Assembly (NCBI GenBank): GCA_963827275.1
Contig: CAWHAA010000008.1
Location: forward strand, 384,001 to 448,000
DNA from: an uncultured Spirochaetota bacterium
GTDB lineage: Bacteria > Spirochaetota > UBA4802 > UBA5550
DNA: 64,000 nt
Reading direction: 5' to 3'
In this document: positions 8,568-18,852 of the stretch, piece after piece
Layout of the letters: every line of letters starts with the position of its first letter
Position numbering within the stretch: position 1 is the first letter of the stretch
Notes under the pieces: generated by a model
Told to the model about the DNA's origin: nothing
What the model saw: only the letters and a program-made list of their open reading frames with translations
The model's database searches: none
Program-made: the position numbers and the translations under genes

Positions 8568-11255
8568 ATGAAACAGGGTTCCCCATCATCGCGCGGACCG
8601 GCGCCGGCGGTCGTCGTTTTTCTCCTTCTCGTCAGCGCGCCCTTTTTTGCCCGTGACGCGTATTCCATCGGCCTGTCCGCCGCGGGGGGGCCGGCACGGC
8701 CGGACACCGCGTCAGTCAAAGCACCCGCCCCGGCTGCCGTGCGTGATATCCCTGAGGATTATGATGACGATTACATCGGAAACTCCTGGTCTGCCGTCCT
8801 GACGGTAAGCAATAACGGCTCTGTCGAGGTGGTGGAGACATACGATGTCACCACGGCCCGCTGGCAGCGCGGAATCCGCCGTGCCATGGGCGGCCTGTAC
8901 AATACGTTGTTGATATACGACGTGTCCTGCACGCAGGGATATGCCGCCCATGCCTTCAGCGAAGCCGCCGGCCACCGGTTTACCTTCGGTTATTATGATG
9001 TAAAGGCGCCCGGCCGCCAGCTCTTTACCCTGAAGTATCACGCGGCCGGCATGGTCGTGCCCGCCGGCAAGGGGGCGCGCCTGCAATGGCGATGGAGCGC
9101 CGGCAAAAATAAAACGATACAGAGCGTTAAAGTGGTGCTCCCCCAGGGCGCCCCGCCCCTTAACGCCAGGGCGGTTGAAATTTCGGGACAGTCAGGATAC
9201 GTATGCCGTGAAAAAGAGCTGCAAACCGCGGTAGCGGCGAACACCATCACCATCCCGGTGAACCGCACCATCACGGACACGCTTGACCTCGCGGTGGACC
9301 TACCGGCCGGCATGATCGATATAAAGGCAATGCGGGAATATCTTGACCAGATCACTGATAAGAAACAGGTCCCATCGCTCCTGGAGTACTGGACCGCTGC
9401 GACGATACGCGACGACATGACCGTTGACCGCAGGGACATCTACCGGACCGCGCCGGATAACGCGATCAGGCGCATGACCATGCGGTACAACGGCCGTTTC
9501 GACACCGCCCTCCTGAACGAGGGGACCGGTCCCTGCACCTTGAAATTCGTGAAGAACCGTCTCTATCTTTTTGGGTTCGATAAAAGGGCGTGCGGCGACG
9601 GGGATTACACCGATGGCTCTGTCTGCATCCCGTTCGGGCAGGCGGGAGAGGACCGGGCGGACCTTCGGTATTCCATGTGGGGCAATTACAACCCGGGAAA
9701 CCGGTTGTTCTTTGACCTGCGTCTCCCCCCGGCGGATGCGAAGAGGACCGACCGCGTCCGCTTTCTGATCACCGTTCCCCCGTTCGTTCAAAAGGAGCAG
9801 GTGCGGGTCACCCTCTTTCTCGTCCGCGGCTTCACCGGGGGCGTGCAGCTCCGCGAGGCGTCATATACAGGCACCTGGAAGGGGGACACCCTCGTCGGCG
9901 AGTATTCCCCGAGCCTGTACGACGAGCAGTATCTTGTTGCCCGGGTATTTCTTCCCGCCGCGGGCTTCAGCGAGCCGGGAATTGTGAAGAAGATGGGGAT
10001 ATACCTCTCCTATTCGTGGTTCTTTTACCGGTCCCTGTTCCTCGCCGCGCTCGTTCTGATTGTGCTGCTGCTGGCAGGGGTCCCCGCGTTGATCTGGCTG
10101 CTTAAAATGAAGAAGACCTCGGTCCTGGCGGCCGCTGCGGTATCAGTGAAAACCACCGTCGATGAAAAGACCGTCAGCGCCGTGCGCGCTGAGGACCCCG
10201 CTTTTTCACCCGGGGCATTCCTCGACCGCGCCAGGATCATCGCCGGGAACATACAGGCGGCCTGGTCGAACGGCGACATGGCCCCGGTCCGCAACCTTGT
10301 TTCGCAGGGGGTCTTTAACCGGTTCAGGCTAAGGCTCAGGCTCATGCGCGAGCAGGAAAAGGTCGAAAACCTCCTGGGCGCGTTCACGGTCCGGAGCATC
10401 AGCCTGGTATCGTCCTCCGTTTCGCGCGACTACCGGACCCTCCATGTGCATGTCAACGCGAGCGCCCTGGACGTCGTGGTCCCGGTCGCCATGACGGCCG
10501 AAGAGAAAAAGCGCGCGCTCGAGCGGGCGAAGAAATCATATTTTACAGAGGTCTATTCATTCACCAGGAAACGCGGCGCTGTTACCGATGCGTCAAAGAG
10601 CCTCCTCGCGGCCCAGTGCCCCTCGTGCGGCGGCGCGGCAGGTTCCCCCGGCGGCTCGAACAGGTGCAACAGCTGCGGCGCGGTCTATAACTCGGGCGAG
10701 TTCGACTGGGTCCTCACCGGGATCGCGCAGGGCGGCGAGTGGAAGAGCGGCCCGTCGAGGGACGTACCGGGGCTTGCCGCAATGGAAACGGAGGGCCTGC
10801 GGATCGACCGCGGTGTGATAGAGGACCGCGCGGCATTTCTCTTCTGGCAATGGGTGGCGGGGCAGGCGGCCGGGAGCGCGGCGCCCCTTGCGCATGACGC
10901 CACGGACAGGGTCCTTAACGCCTTCAAGCCCGCAACGGGCTACTTCTCGGAGACCGCGGTCAGCTCTGTTGATGTCCAGGAGGTCTCCGTCGCCGGGAGC
11001 GGCGCGCGGGCGACCGTACGCGTCCTCTGGAGCGCCGCCCTGTCCCAGGGCAGGGTGCCCGAGCACCGCGAGCATAGATTGACGCTTCTCCTTCCCTCGC
11101 TGACGAACCCGCCGCGCGGCTTTGCTGACCACGGCTGCGGTTCCTGCGGCGCGCCGCTCCCTGAAAGCGACACGCGGACCTGCCCTTCATGCGGGAGCGC
11201 TCTCCAGTCGAAGAACAGCGACTGGCTGCTGGATGATATTTCTGAAAAGAAGTAG
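8568..11255 (+). CDS. Membrane protein: DUF2207-like ectodomain(s), TM helix, Tim44-like domain(s) with zinc ribbons
   Basis: Signal peptide; LTVSNNGSVEVVETY; DPAFSPGAFLDRA...IQAAWS; EVYSFTRK; CPSC..CNSC and CGSC..CPSC. Confidence 0.75.
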   Translation: MKQGSPSSRGPAPAVVVFLLLVSAPFFARDAYSIGLSAAGGPARPDTASVKAPAPAAVRDIPEDYDDDYIGNSWSAVLTVSNNGSVEVVETYDVTTARWQRGIRRAMGGLYNTLLIYDVSCTQGYAAHAFSEAAGHRFTFGYYDVKAPGRQLFTLKYHAAGMVVPAGKGARLQWRWSAGKNKTIQSVKVVLPQGAPPLNARAVEISGQSGYVCREKELQTAVAANTITIPVNRTITDTLDLAVDLPAGMIDIKAMREYLDQITDKKQVPSLLEYWTAATIRDDMTVDRRDIYRTAPDNAIRRMTMRYNGRFDTALLNEGTGPCTLKFVKNRLYLFGFDKRACGDGDYTDGSVCIPFGQAGEDRADLRYSMWGNYNPGNRLFFDLRLPPADAKRTDRVRFLITVPPFVQKEQVRVTLFLVRGFTGGVQLREASYTGTWKGDTLVGEYSPSLYDEQYLVARVFLPAAGFSEPGIVKKMGIYLSYSWFFYRSLFLAALVLIVLLLAGVPALIWLLKMKKTSVLAAAAVSVKTTVDEKTVSAVRAEDPAFSPGAFLDRARIIAGNIQAAWSNGDMAPVRNLVSQGVFNRFRLRLRLMREQEKVENLLGAFTVRSISLVSSSVSRDYRTLHVHVNASALDVVVPVAMTAEEKKRALERAKKSYFTEVYSFTRKRGAVTDASKSLLAAQCPSCGGAAGSPGGSNRCNSCGAVYNSGEFDWVLTGIAQGGEWKSGPSRDVPGLAAMETEGLRIDRGVIEDRAAFLFWQWVAGQAAGSAAPLAHDATDRVLNAFKPATGYFSETAVSSVDVQEVSVAGSGARATVRVLWSAALSQGRVPEHREHRLTLLLPSLTNPPRGFADHGCGSCGAPLPESDTRTCPSCGSALQSKNSDWLLDDISEKK

Positions 11256-11282
11256 CTTCCGCGGGGGGTGTCCCGGCCCTTG

Positions 11283-12437
11283 TTACCCGATACCGTGCAG
11301 GGGGAACACGTTGCGCTTCAGATAGGCGACCGTGTCCTGTGCGAACTCAAGGCACCGTTCTTTCAGGTGCCCCGTTACCACGTAGGGAGCGTCGCGCAAC
11401 GAGCCGGAGAGCGTCTCGGGACCGTACATCATGCCGCCGATGAGGCCGGCGTAGGCGTCGGATGGCTCCAGTCCGCAGAGCGCGGCCCAGGCCAGGGTCC
11501 AGAGCGCGGCGGTCTTGTACACGTTGTATCCGCCGCCCCCGGCCATCAGGATTTTCGGCGAGAGGCCCACGATGGACCTGACCGCCCGCTCATACCCGAT
11601 GCTGGTGAGGTTCAGGTGGCCCAGCAGGTCCTCCCGGTGCGAGTCTCCTCCGACCAGGGCGACCGTGATGTCCGGTTTGAACGCATTGATGAGCGGCGGC
11701 ACCACCGAATCGAACGCGAGGTGAAAGACCTCGTCGTCGCTTCCTTCCATGAGTGGTATATTGACCGTATACCCGCGACCCGCTCCTTCGCCGATGTCCT
11801 CGACAAAGCCGGCCCAGGGGTAGATGGTCATGCCTGATTCGTGGATGGAGATGCAGAGCACGTCGTCGCGCGCTGCGAACGCGTCGCGCACGCCGTTGCC
11901 GAAGTGGACATCGATGTCGATATAGGCGACCCGTTTGCCCCGGCGCGCCAGCTCCGTGATGGCGATTGCCAGGTCGTTCACATAGCAGAAGCCCTCGGCG
12001 TGGTCCGCGCCGGCGTGGTGGAACCCGCCCAGGGGATTGAACACGGCCCGGGCCTCGCCGTCGGCCAGCATCACCGCGCCCCGGTACGTGCCGCCTGATG
12101 CGCCGATGGTGTATTCCCACAGGCCCGGGAACACCGGGCAGTCCTCGGTGCCGAGGCCGGCCTCGAGCATCTGCATGGTAAAGCCGCCGCGCTCCGAATC
12201 TTTCAGGAGGTTGATGTATTTTTTTTCATGGAACGAATAGAGCGCCTCATCGGGAAGGACCGGCGGCTCCATGACAAGCTGGTTTTTTTCATAGAGGAGG
12301 GAATAGCGCGAGAGGAGGTCCATCATCTGTTTCGCCCTCGCCGGCTTGAAGGGGTGCCCGGGGCCGAAATCGATGCCCGCGAGACGGTCTGAATAGACGA
12401 GTACGTTCCGTGCGCCGTTGTCGGTTGATTCAGACAT
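11283..12437 (-). CDS. acuC: Histone-deacetylase family protein (AcuC-like)
   Basis: HPFKP, GGFHHA, GFCYVND, DIDVH, GGGGY motifs. Confidence 0.88.
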   Translation of the reverse strand: MSESTDNGARNVLVYSDRLAGIDFGPGHPFKPARAKQMMDLLSRYSLLYEKNQLVMEPPVLPDEALYSFHEKKYINLLKDSERGGFTMQMLEAGLGTEDCPVFPGLWEYTIGASGGTYRGAVMLADGEARAVFNPLGGFHHAGADHAEGFCYVNDLAIAITELARRGKRVAYIDIDVHFGNGVRDAFAARDDVLCISIHESGMTIYPWAGFVEDIGEGAGRGYTVNIPLMEGSDDEVFHLAFDSVVPPLINAFKPDITVALVGGDSHREDLLGHLNLTSIGYERAVRSIVGLSPKILMAGGGGYNVYKTAALWTLAWAALCGLEPSDAYAGLIGGMMYGPETLSGSLRDAPYVVTGHLKERCLEFAQDTVAYLKRNVFPLHGIG

Positions 12438-12513
12438 GATCCGTCACCGGGGACATGGTCGTGCAGGGCGGGATAAAAATCAAATACAAATTATGGCCGC
12501 GCCGCACCGGCGG

Positions 12514-14154
12514 CTACGGGGCCTTCTCCGCCGTTATGACAGGCTCAACTGAGGTAAGATCATACCGCGCTCGCGCGGTCGCATCGAACTCCACCATGTC
12601 CCACGAACGCCGGTCCTGCCCCGTGACCTCGAGAAACCGCTCGAAGCCGAGCCACCGGTAATACGACACGGTCATGGCGTCCTCCCGAAGCTCAACATCG
12701 GTGAAGCCCCAGGAGAGCTCGCCGTACACATGGTACCGGCCGGCCGTATTTTCACGGTCCGCCGCGGCCGGCGCACCGGGCCCGTTGATCCACCCGGCCC
12801 AGCGGCGGGCGCGGCGGTCCATGATGTAGGAGTCGAGGTGCGAGCCTCCCGTGCCCGCCACCAGGTAGAGGGGGCCGGGGTCCGCCCGGAAGAGGTCGAA
12901 GTTGTGGTCGTGGCCGGAGATCACCAGGTCGACGCCGCGGGAGCGGAATAAATCGAAGTACTGGGCCGCGAGCAGCTCGCTGGTGCCGTAGTCGCCCGTG
13001 GAGAGGACGGGGATGTGCAGCACGACGATGAGCCACTTCACTGACGCGCTCCGCGCCAGCTCTTCCCGCGCCCACCGGTACTGCGCGCTCCCCGTTGTAA
13101 GCACCGGCCCGTCCAGCGTCCTCCCGGGCCCGTCGAAGGGATGGAGGACGATGAGGCGCGCGTCGCCGTAATCGACAGAATGGTAATCCGGCTGCCCGAA
13201 GAAATAACGGAAATTGCTCCCGCCGTCCGAAAGGTATTCGTGGTTTCCCGGCGCGTACAGGCCGGGGACGGCATCGGCGCGGCCGTCGGCGGAAAAATAT
13301 TCGCGCCATCCGTCCAGGTCGTCCCCGGTGCGGACCATGTCGCCGGCGTGGACCCTGAAGTCCGGGACCGTGCGCATGGCATCGTAGCGCGCGTGCGCGG
13401 CGCGCGTCACCTCGGTGAAGTAGGAACGGGCCGAGCCGCCCCGCCTCGTGTTGCCGGAATCGGCAAGGGCCATGAAGCGGACGGTTGTGCCGCTGCCGCG
13501 CGGCGGCGCGGTGCGGAAGGAGCGGACCCTCCCGTCCAGCGCCGGCACCAGGTAGTAGTAGCGCGTTGAGGGCGCAAGGCCGGTCAGGTGGAATTCATGC
13601 CGCCTGCCGTCGCCCGCCGCCTCGGTGATCTTCGTCATGCGCTCCGGCTGGGGCACGGCGCCGAAAAGGATTTCGGCCGGCGCCATGCCGGCGGGATCAA
13701 AATACCAGACCACGGCGCCGGTCGACGCGTCTGCGCGCCGGTCACGGAAGGGGCCGAACTGGAGCACCGGGCCGATACGTTCCCTGAACCGCTCCGGCGC
13801 GGACGGTTCGCCGGCCGCGGAGCGCGACCACCGGTCCCTGAAAAATGTGATCGCCAGAATGCAGAAGAGGACCGTTATCGCGGGGGTAAGGATTGTTATA
13901 ACCGGCGGCGTCCAGGGATGCAGCCCCCTGAGCGCCCGGTATGCCGCGATGACTGCCCGGGCGCATAATAGGCCGGCCAGTAGCAGCGGTACGCCGATAA
14001 GAATCACGGGATAATCATAGTATGACGTTTTGAAAAATATGTCGATTATTTCGATCCCGGTCGCACTGATGCCGAATATGAGGATTGAAATGACCGCGGC
14101 GGCGGCGGCAAGGGGGATACAGGCAGGCAGAAAAGCCCGGGCTGCTTTTATCAT
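12514..14154 (-). CDS. Membrane-anchored purple-acid-phosphatase-like metallophosphoesterase
   Basis: N-terminal TM helices; LTGLAPSTRYYY FN3-like; ADSG, AGD, GNHE, SGHDH motifs; start uncertain. Confidence 0.85.
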   Translation of the reverse strand: MIKAARAFLPACIPLAAAAAVISILIFGISATGIEIIDIFFKTSYYDYPVILIGVPLLLAGLLCARAVIAAYRALRGLHPWTPPVITILTPAITVLFCILAITFFRDRWSRSAAGEPSAPERFRERIGPVLQFGPFRDRRADASTGAVVWYFDPAGMAPAEILFGAVPQPERMTKITEAAGDGRRHEFHLTGLAPSTRYYYLVPALDGRVRSFRTAPPRGSGTTVRFMALADSGNTRRGGSARSYFTEVTRAAHARYDAMRTVPDFRVHAGDMVRTGDDLDGWREYFSADGRADAVPGLYAPGNHEYLSDGGSNFRYFFGQPDYHSVDYGDARLIVLHPFDGPGRTLDGPVLTTGSAQYRWAREELARSASVKWLIVVLHIPVLSTGDYGTSELLAAQYFDLFRSRGVDLVISGHDHNFDLFRADPGPLYLVAGTGGSHLDSYIMDRRARRWAGWINGPGAPAAADRENTAGRYHVYGELSWGFTDVELREDAMTVSYYRWLGFERFLEVTGQDRRSWDMVEFDATARARYDLTSVEPVITAEKAP

Positions 14155-14361
14155 ACCAGTATGTTCCATTGACGGGGAGGGGGCCTCCACCGGGAATTAT
14201 AAGGAATTGGGCGCCACGCGGGGGACTAAATCAAGAAAAAATTTTCATATCCAAAAAATATTTGATTTATTGGTGCTGAATTAATTATTGGTGCATGTTG
14301 GCTCCATGGGTAACCGGTGCATCCTGCAGGTGCATACGTATATTATAAAGAGGAATGTCGT

Positions 14362-14568
14362 ATGGACGACACGGTTAAAAAGTGGTTATATTATCTGGGT
14401 ATTGTCGCGGCGATATATGTTTTTTTCTATTATATCCTGCCGCTCCTGATCTCGCTTTTTGCCTTTATCCTGAAGGCGGTTTTTTTCATCTTCATGTGGG
14501 CGGCGGTGGCCTTCGTGGTCATTTTGCTCATAACACATATCGTGAAGATGGTCAGGAAGGAAATATAG
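14362..14568 (+). CDS. Small membrane protein
   Basis: 68 aa, strongly hydrophobic; AGAGGA RBS. Confidence 0.65.
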   Translation: MDDTVKKWLYYLGIVAAIYVFFYYILPLLISLFAFILKAVFFIFMWAAVAFVVILLITHIVKMVRKEI

Positions 14569-14643
14569 GGCCCCGGCCGGATAATTATTTGTGTTGATTT
14601 TGACGGCCATGCCGTTTTAAATGTGCCTTCAGGACCTTATTTC

Positions 14644-16993
14644 ATGGAAAAGCTGGATTTACATAAAATAGAAAAGATCGCCCTGGGCGTTTTCATGGGG
14701 TTCTGCGTCCTCGGCGGGCTCATGTTCGGCTACGTCACGGCGGAGATCAAGAACTACTCCGGGATTGACAACCTGAAGGCGTTCCAGCCGAGCATCCCGA
14801 CGCGGCTCTACGACGTGAACGGGGACGTCATCACCGAGCTGTACCGGCAGCGGCGCTATCCCGTATCCTTCGAGGACCTTCCCCCCTGCCTGATCAACGC
14901 GTTTCTTTCCGCGGAGGACCAGGGCTTTTTCGACCACTTCGGCATCGACCCGCCGGCGATTTTCCGCGCCATGGGGAAGAACATCATCGCATCGATCAAG
15001 TCATTCAGGCCGGTGATTGCGCAGGGCGGCTCCACCATCACCCAGCAGCTGGCCAAACGTCTCTTCACCTCGGGTGAGCGGACCTTCGCCCGCAAGGCGC
15101 TGGAGGCGGTCCTCGCGCTCCAGATCGAAAAGCGCTTCACGAAAGAAGAGATCCTCGAGATGTATTTCAACCAGATCTATTTCGGCCACGGGTGCCACGG
15201 CATCGCGGCGGCATCGGAGTTTTTTTTCAAGAAAAAGTTCAAACGCCTTACCGCGATCGAGAGCTCTGTCCTTGCCGGCCTCCCGTCCCGTCCCAATGGC
15301 CTGTCGCCGCTCAAGTACCCGCGGCGCGCCGCGGCGAAGAACAGGGACATACTGAACCGGATGGTCGGCGAGGGCTACCTCGGCAAAGAAAAGGCGGACC
15401 GGCTCTACCGCGAGTTCTGGCCCGCCTTCTTCGATTCAATAATCATGGATTATCCGACAAAGACCGCCCGGTCGAATACCAGGGACCGTGCGCCGTTTTT
15501 TACCGATTACGTGCGTCAGATCCTGATCACCCGGTTCGGCGAGGAGATGGTCTACAACGACGGCCTGAGCGTGCATACCACGCTTGACCTGCGGGAGCAG
15601 AAGATGGGTGAGACCGTTCTGAAAGAAACGCTGAAGAAGCAGAACACGGTGTTCGTCACGGACAATCAGAACAAGAGCACCGGCCGTGGAGACGGGCATG
15701 ATCGACTCCTATCGACGGCCTGCGGATGATCTTTCCCCTCCCCTCCGCGTCCCTCGTCTTCGACGGCGAGAGCGCCTTCAAGCAGATGATGTCGGATGAG
15801 CTCCTCGATGCGCTCGAGATGCTCTCCTTTTTCAGCGAGACGCCCGGCTGCAGCAGGGCGCTCGAGGCGTACCATTCGCAGCTCACCGGCCTTTCGTCGG
15901 TCATGAACGTGGAGGGCGCGATCATCGCCATCGAGCCCTTCAGCGGGTATATACGGACGATGGTGGGCGGATCGAAGTTCGAGGTGCAGAACCAGTATAA
16001 CCGCGCCGTGCAGGCAAAGCGCCAGCCCGGCTCCTCCTTCAAGCCCTTCGTGTACGGCGCGGCGATCGAGAACAGGCTGGTGACCACGGAGACCTATCTT
16101 CCCTGACGCGCCGATCCTGGACATAGACGCCATCGGCAATTCCTGGACCCCGGGCAACTACGAGGGCGAGTATCCGCGGCATGGTCCCGGTGAGCAACGC
16201 CCTGTCGGCTTCCATCAATGTCATCTCGATCAGGCTCTACGACCTCCTGGGGCCCGACAGGATCATAGATTTTGCGTCGAAGATGACCAAGGTGCCCCCG
16301 ACGGATTTCGGCGCGAACCCGACCCTGGCGCTGGGGACCTCTGAGCTCACGCCCTTCGAGATGGCCACCGGCTTCGCCGTGTACGCAAACCGCGGCAAGG
16401 ACGTGATACCCTTTGCCGTCCGCTACGTCGTGGACCGCGACGGAAACGAGATAGCGAATATAGAGGGCGAGGTGGGCGAGATCCTCGCGCGCAAGTCGAA
16501 GAACGGCACGATCCAGGTCATCTCCGAAGACGTCGCGTGGATCATGACGCAGATGATGGCGAGGGTCGTCGACAGCGGGACCGCGACCGAGGGTATCCGC
16601 ATCAAGGGCGGCTATACCAAAAAGGGAGCGGGCAAGACCGGGACCACGTCCAACTGGTCCGACGCCTGGTTCTGCGGCTTTACACCGGACATTGCCGCCG
16701 TTGTCTGGGTGGGCTACGACCAGTCGTTCATGTCGCTGGGCAAGCACCAGGCCGCCTCGGAAGTTGCCGCGCCGGTCTGGGGCAAGTTCATGAACGGTTT
16801 TTACCGAGAACGGCCCGACCCGGAATTCGGTCCGAAGCCGCCCGGGGTTGTCCAGTACGGGACCGGATGGGGGCTCGAGGGGGCAAAGACCCAGTATTAT
16901 GATACCGAGGGCGGTGATGTCATGAAATCGGTGCTTGAGCGCTACATGGAGATTGAAGGCATGATTGAGGAGAAAAAGCCGCTGCAACAATAG
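14644..16993 (+). CDS. mrcA: Class A penicillin-binding protein (PBP1A) interrupted by about four +1 frameshifts (likely sequence errors)
   Basis: EDQGFFDH, GGSTITQQ in ORF1; GSSFKPF in ORF2; SIN and GKTGTT in ORF3; frames rejoin after removing bases at ~15683, ~15713, ~16102, ~16174. Confidence 0.85.
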
Positions 16994-17214
16994 GAAGAAG
17001 GCTTGAAAAAAGGCATTTTTGTCAATTTTTTTCACTCCGCGCCTGTTTTCCGCAGAATTATTGTTGAAATTCTGAAATTTTTGTGCTATGAATCGGCTTT
17101 CATTAGCCAGAACGAGGGAATGCTTGCATCAGGGCCCAGGGGATCGGGACGGAGCGGTTCCACGTTATGGACTTATATTTTTATAATTTTTCGGGTGAGG
17201 TCGAGGGATTCCAT

Positions 17215-17710
17215 ATGTTCAAGGTCGGTGACAATATTGTTTACCCCATGCATGGGTTGGGAAGAATAGAAGCCATCGAAAAAAAAGTCATTTTAGGCAA
17301 GAGAAGCGAATATTATATTATAACAATCCTGAACAGCGGCATGAAGGTGATGATACCCGGTGAAGAACGCTGAACAGATAGGAATACGGAGCATCATACC
17401 GAAAAAAGACGTCAAGAAGGTCCTGGCGGTCCTGTCCAAGAATGAGATAAGTTCGGTCGACGACTGGAAAGAACGATACCAGAACAATATCGACAAAGTC
17501 AAAAGCGGTTCCATCTATGAAGTATCGGAAGTGGCGCGCGACCTGTTCCGCAGGGGACGCGACAAAGAGCTTTCCATCATGGAACGGAAGCTTTATGAAA
17601 ATGCGTACCAGCTGGTGACGCATGAAGTTGCCCTGTCAAAAAATATCGACCTTGAGGAAGCCGGTAACCTGGTTTCCGAAGCCCTCTCGTCCCATCATTC
17701 GAAAAAGTAG
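17215..17710 (+). CDS. carD: CarD/CdnL-family RNAP-interacting factor with one +1 frameshift at ~17357
   Basis: [18 protein letters not shown]...MKVMIP then [13 protein letters not shown]...W...[12 protein letters not shown]. Confidence 0.88.
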
Positions 17711-17835
17711 GGGAGCCGCAAGAGGTCCCCTGTTACGTCACCGATTCAAGCGGCGCGTTTCCCGTCGTGCGCCCCGTCGGCGTCATGGCGCCGCGTCGCA
17801 TCTGTCGAACCAGATCTTACTACAAGGAGCGGATC

Positions 17836-18834
17836 ATGATTATTTTTTTACGGGTTATATTCATCGTTATTTCAATGGTATTATCTTCATTATATTTTGT
17901 CGACCAGGCCTTTTACATCATCCTGGCGGCGGCCGCGGTGTCCGGCGTCGTTGCGCTTCTCGTCCTGATTCTCATAGAATATGTGCTGCATACGTTCTCG
18001 GCGCGGATGTTCGCCGCGGCGATCATCGGCCTTATCATCGGCTTTACCCTCGGGCATCTGGTGAACCTGGCGTACAGCGCGCTGAACATCACCGTTCTTG
18101 ACCAGTATTCGCACATCATCACGCCGCTCATCTACCACCTGTCAGGCTTCATCGTGATGATGTTTTTCGTCATCAACTACGAGGAGATCACCTTCCTGGA
18201 CAAGATCGTCTCCTCGGACCTTCAGAACGCCGACGAGAAGATGTCGTACAAGATACTTGACACGAGCGTCATCATCGACGGCAGGATCGCCGACCTCTGC
18301 GACACCGGCTTCATCGATGGCATCCTTGTCATTCCGAACTTCGTGCTCAACGAACTCCAGATGATCGCCGACTCGGCCGACTCGATCAAAAGGAACCGCG
18401 GGCGCCGCGGGCTCGACATCCTGAACAAGATGCAGAAGGACCAGTCGATCATGGTGAAGATCACCGACATGGATTTCGCCGACATCAACGAGGTGGACGC
18501 GAAGCTCGTGAAGCTGGCCAAGATCATGAACGCCAAGGTCATCACCAACGACTTCAATTTGAACAAGGTCGCCGAGTTCCACGGCGTGCCGGTCCTGAAC
18601 ATCAACCAGCTCACCAACGCCCTGAAACCGGTGGTGCTGCCCGGCGAGGAGATGCGGGTCGCCCTCATCAAGGAGGGGAAGGACCACAGCCAGGCAATCG
18701 GGTACCTCGACGACGGGACCATGGTGGTGGTGGAGAACGGTCGCCGGCGGCTCAACGAGGAGGTGGATGTCACCGTGACCTCGGTGCTGCAGACGACCGC
18801 CGGACGGATGATCTTCACCAGGCTGAAAGACTGA
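17836..18834 (+). CDS. Membrane PIN/TRAM-domain protein (YacL-like)
   Basis: [46 protein letters not shown]. Confidence 0.93.
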   Translation: MIIFLRVIFIVISMVLSSLYFVDQAFYIILAAAAVSGVVALLVLILIEYVLHTFSARMFAAAIIGLIIGFTLGHLVNLAYSALNITVLDQYSHIITPLIYHLSGFIVMMFFVINYEEITFLDKIVSSDLQNADEKMSYKILDTSVIIDGRIADLCDTGFIDGILVIPNFVLNELQMIADSADSIKRNRGRRGLDILNKMQKDQSIMVKITDMDFADINEVDAKLVKLAKIMNAKVITNDFNLNKVAEFHGVPVLNINQLTNALKPVVLPGEEMRVALIKEGKDHSQAIGYLDDGTMVVVENGRRRLNEEVDVTVTSVLQTTAGRMIFTRLKD

Positions 18835-18852
18835 CGGAGCGACGGTCCCGCC

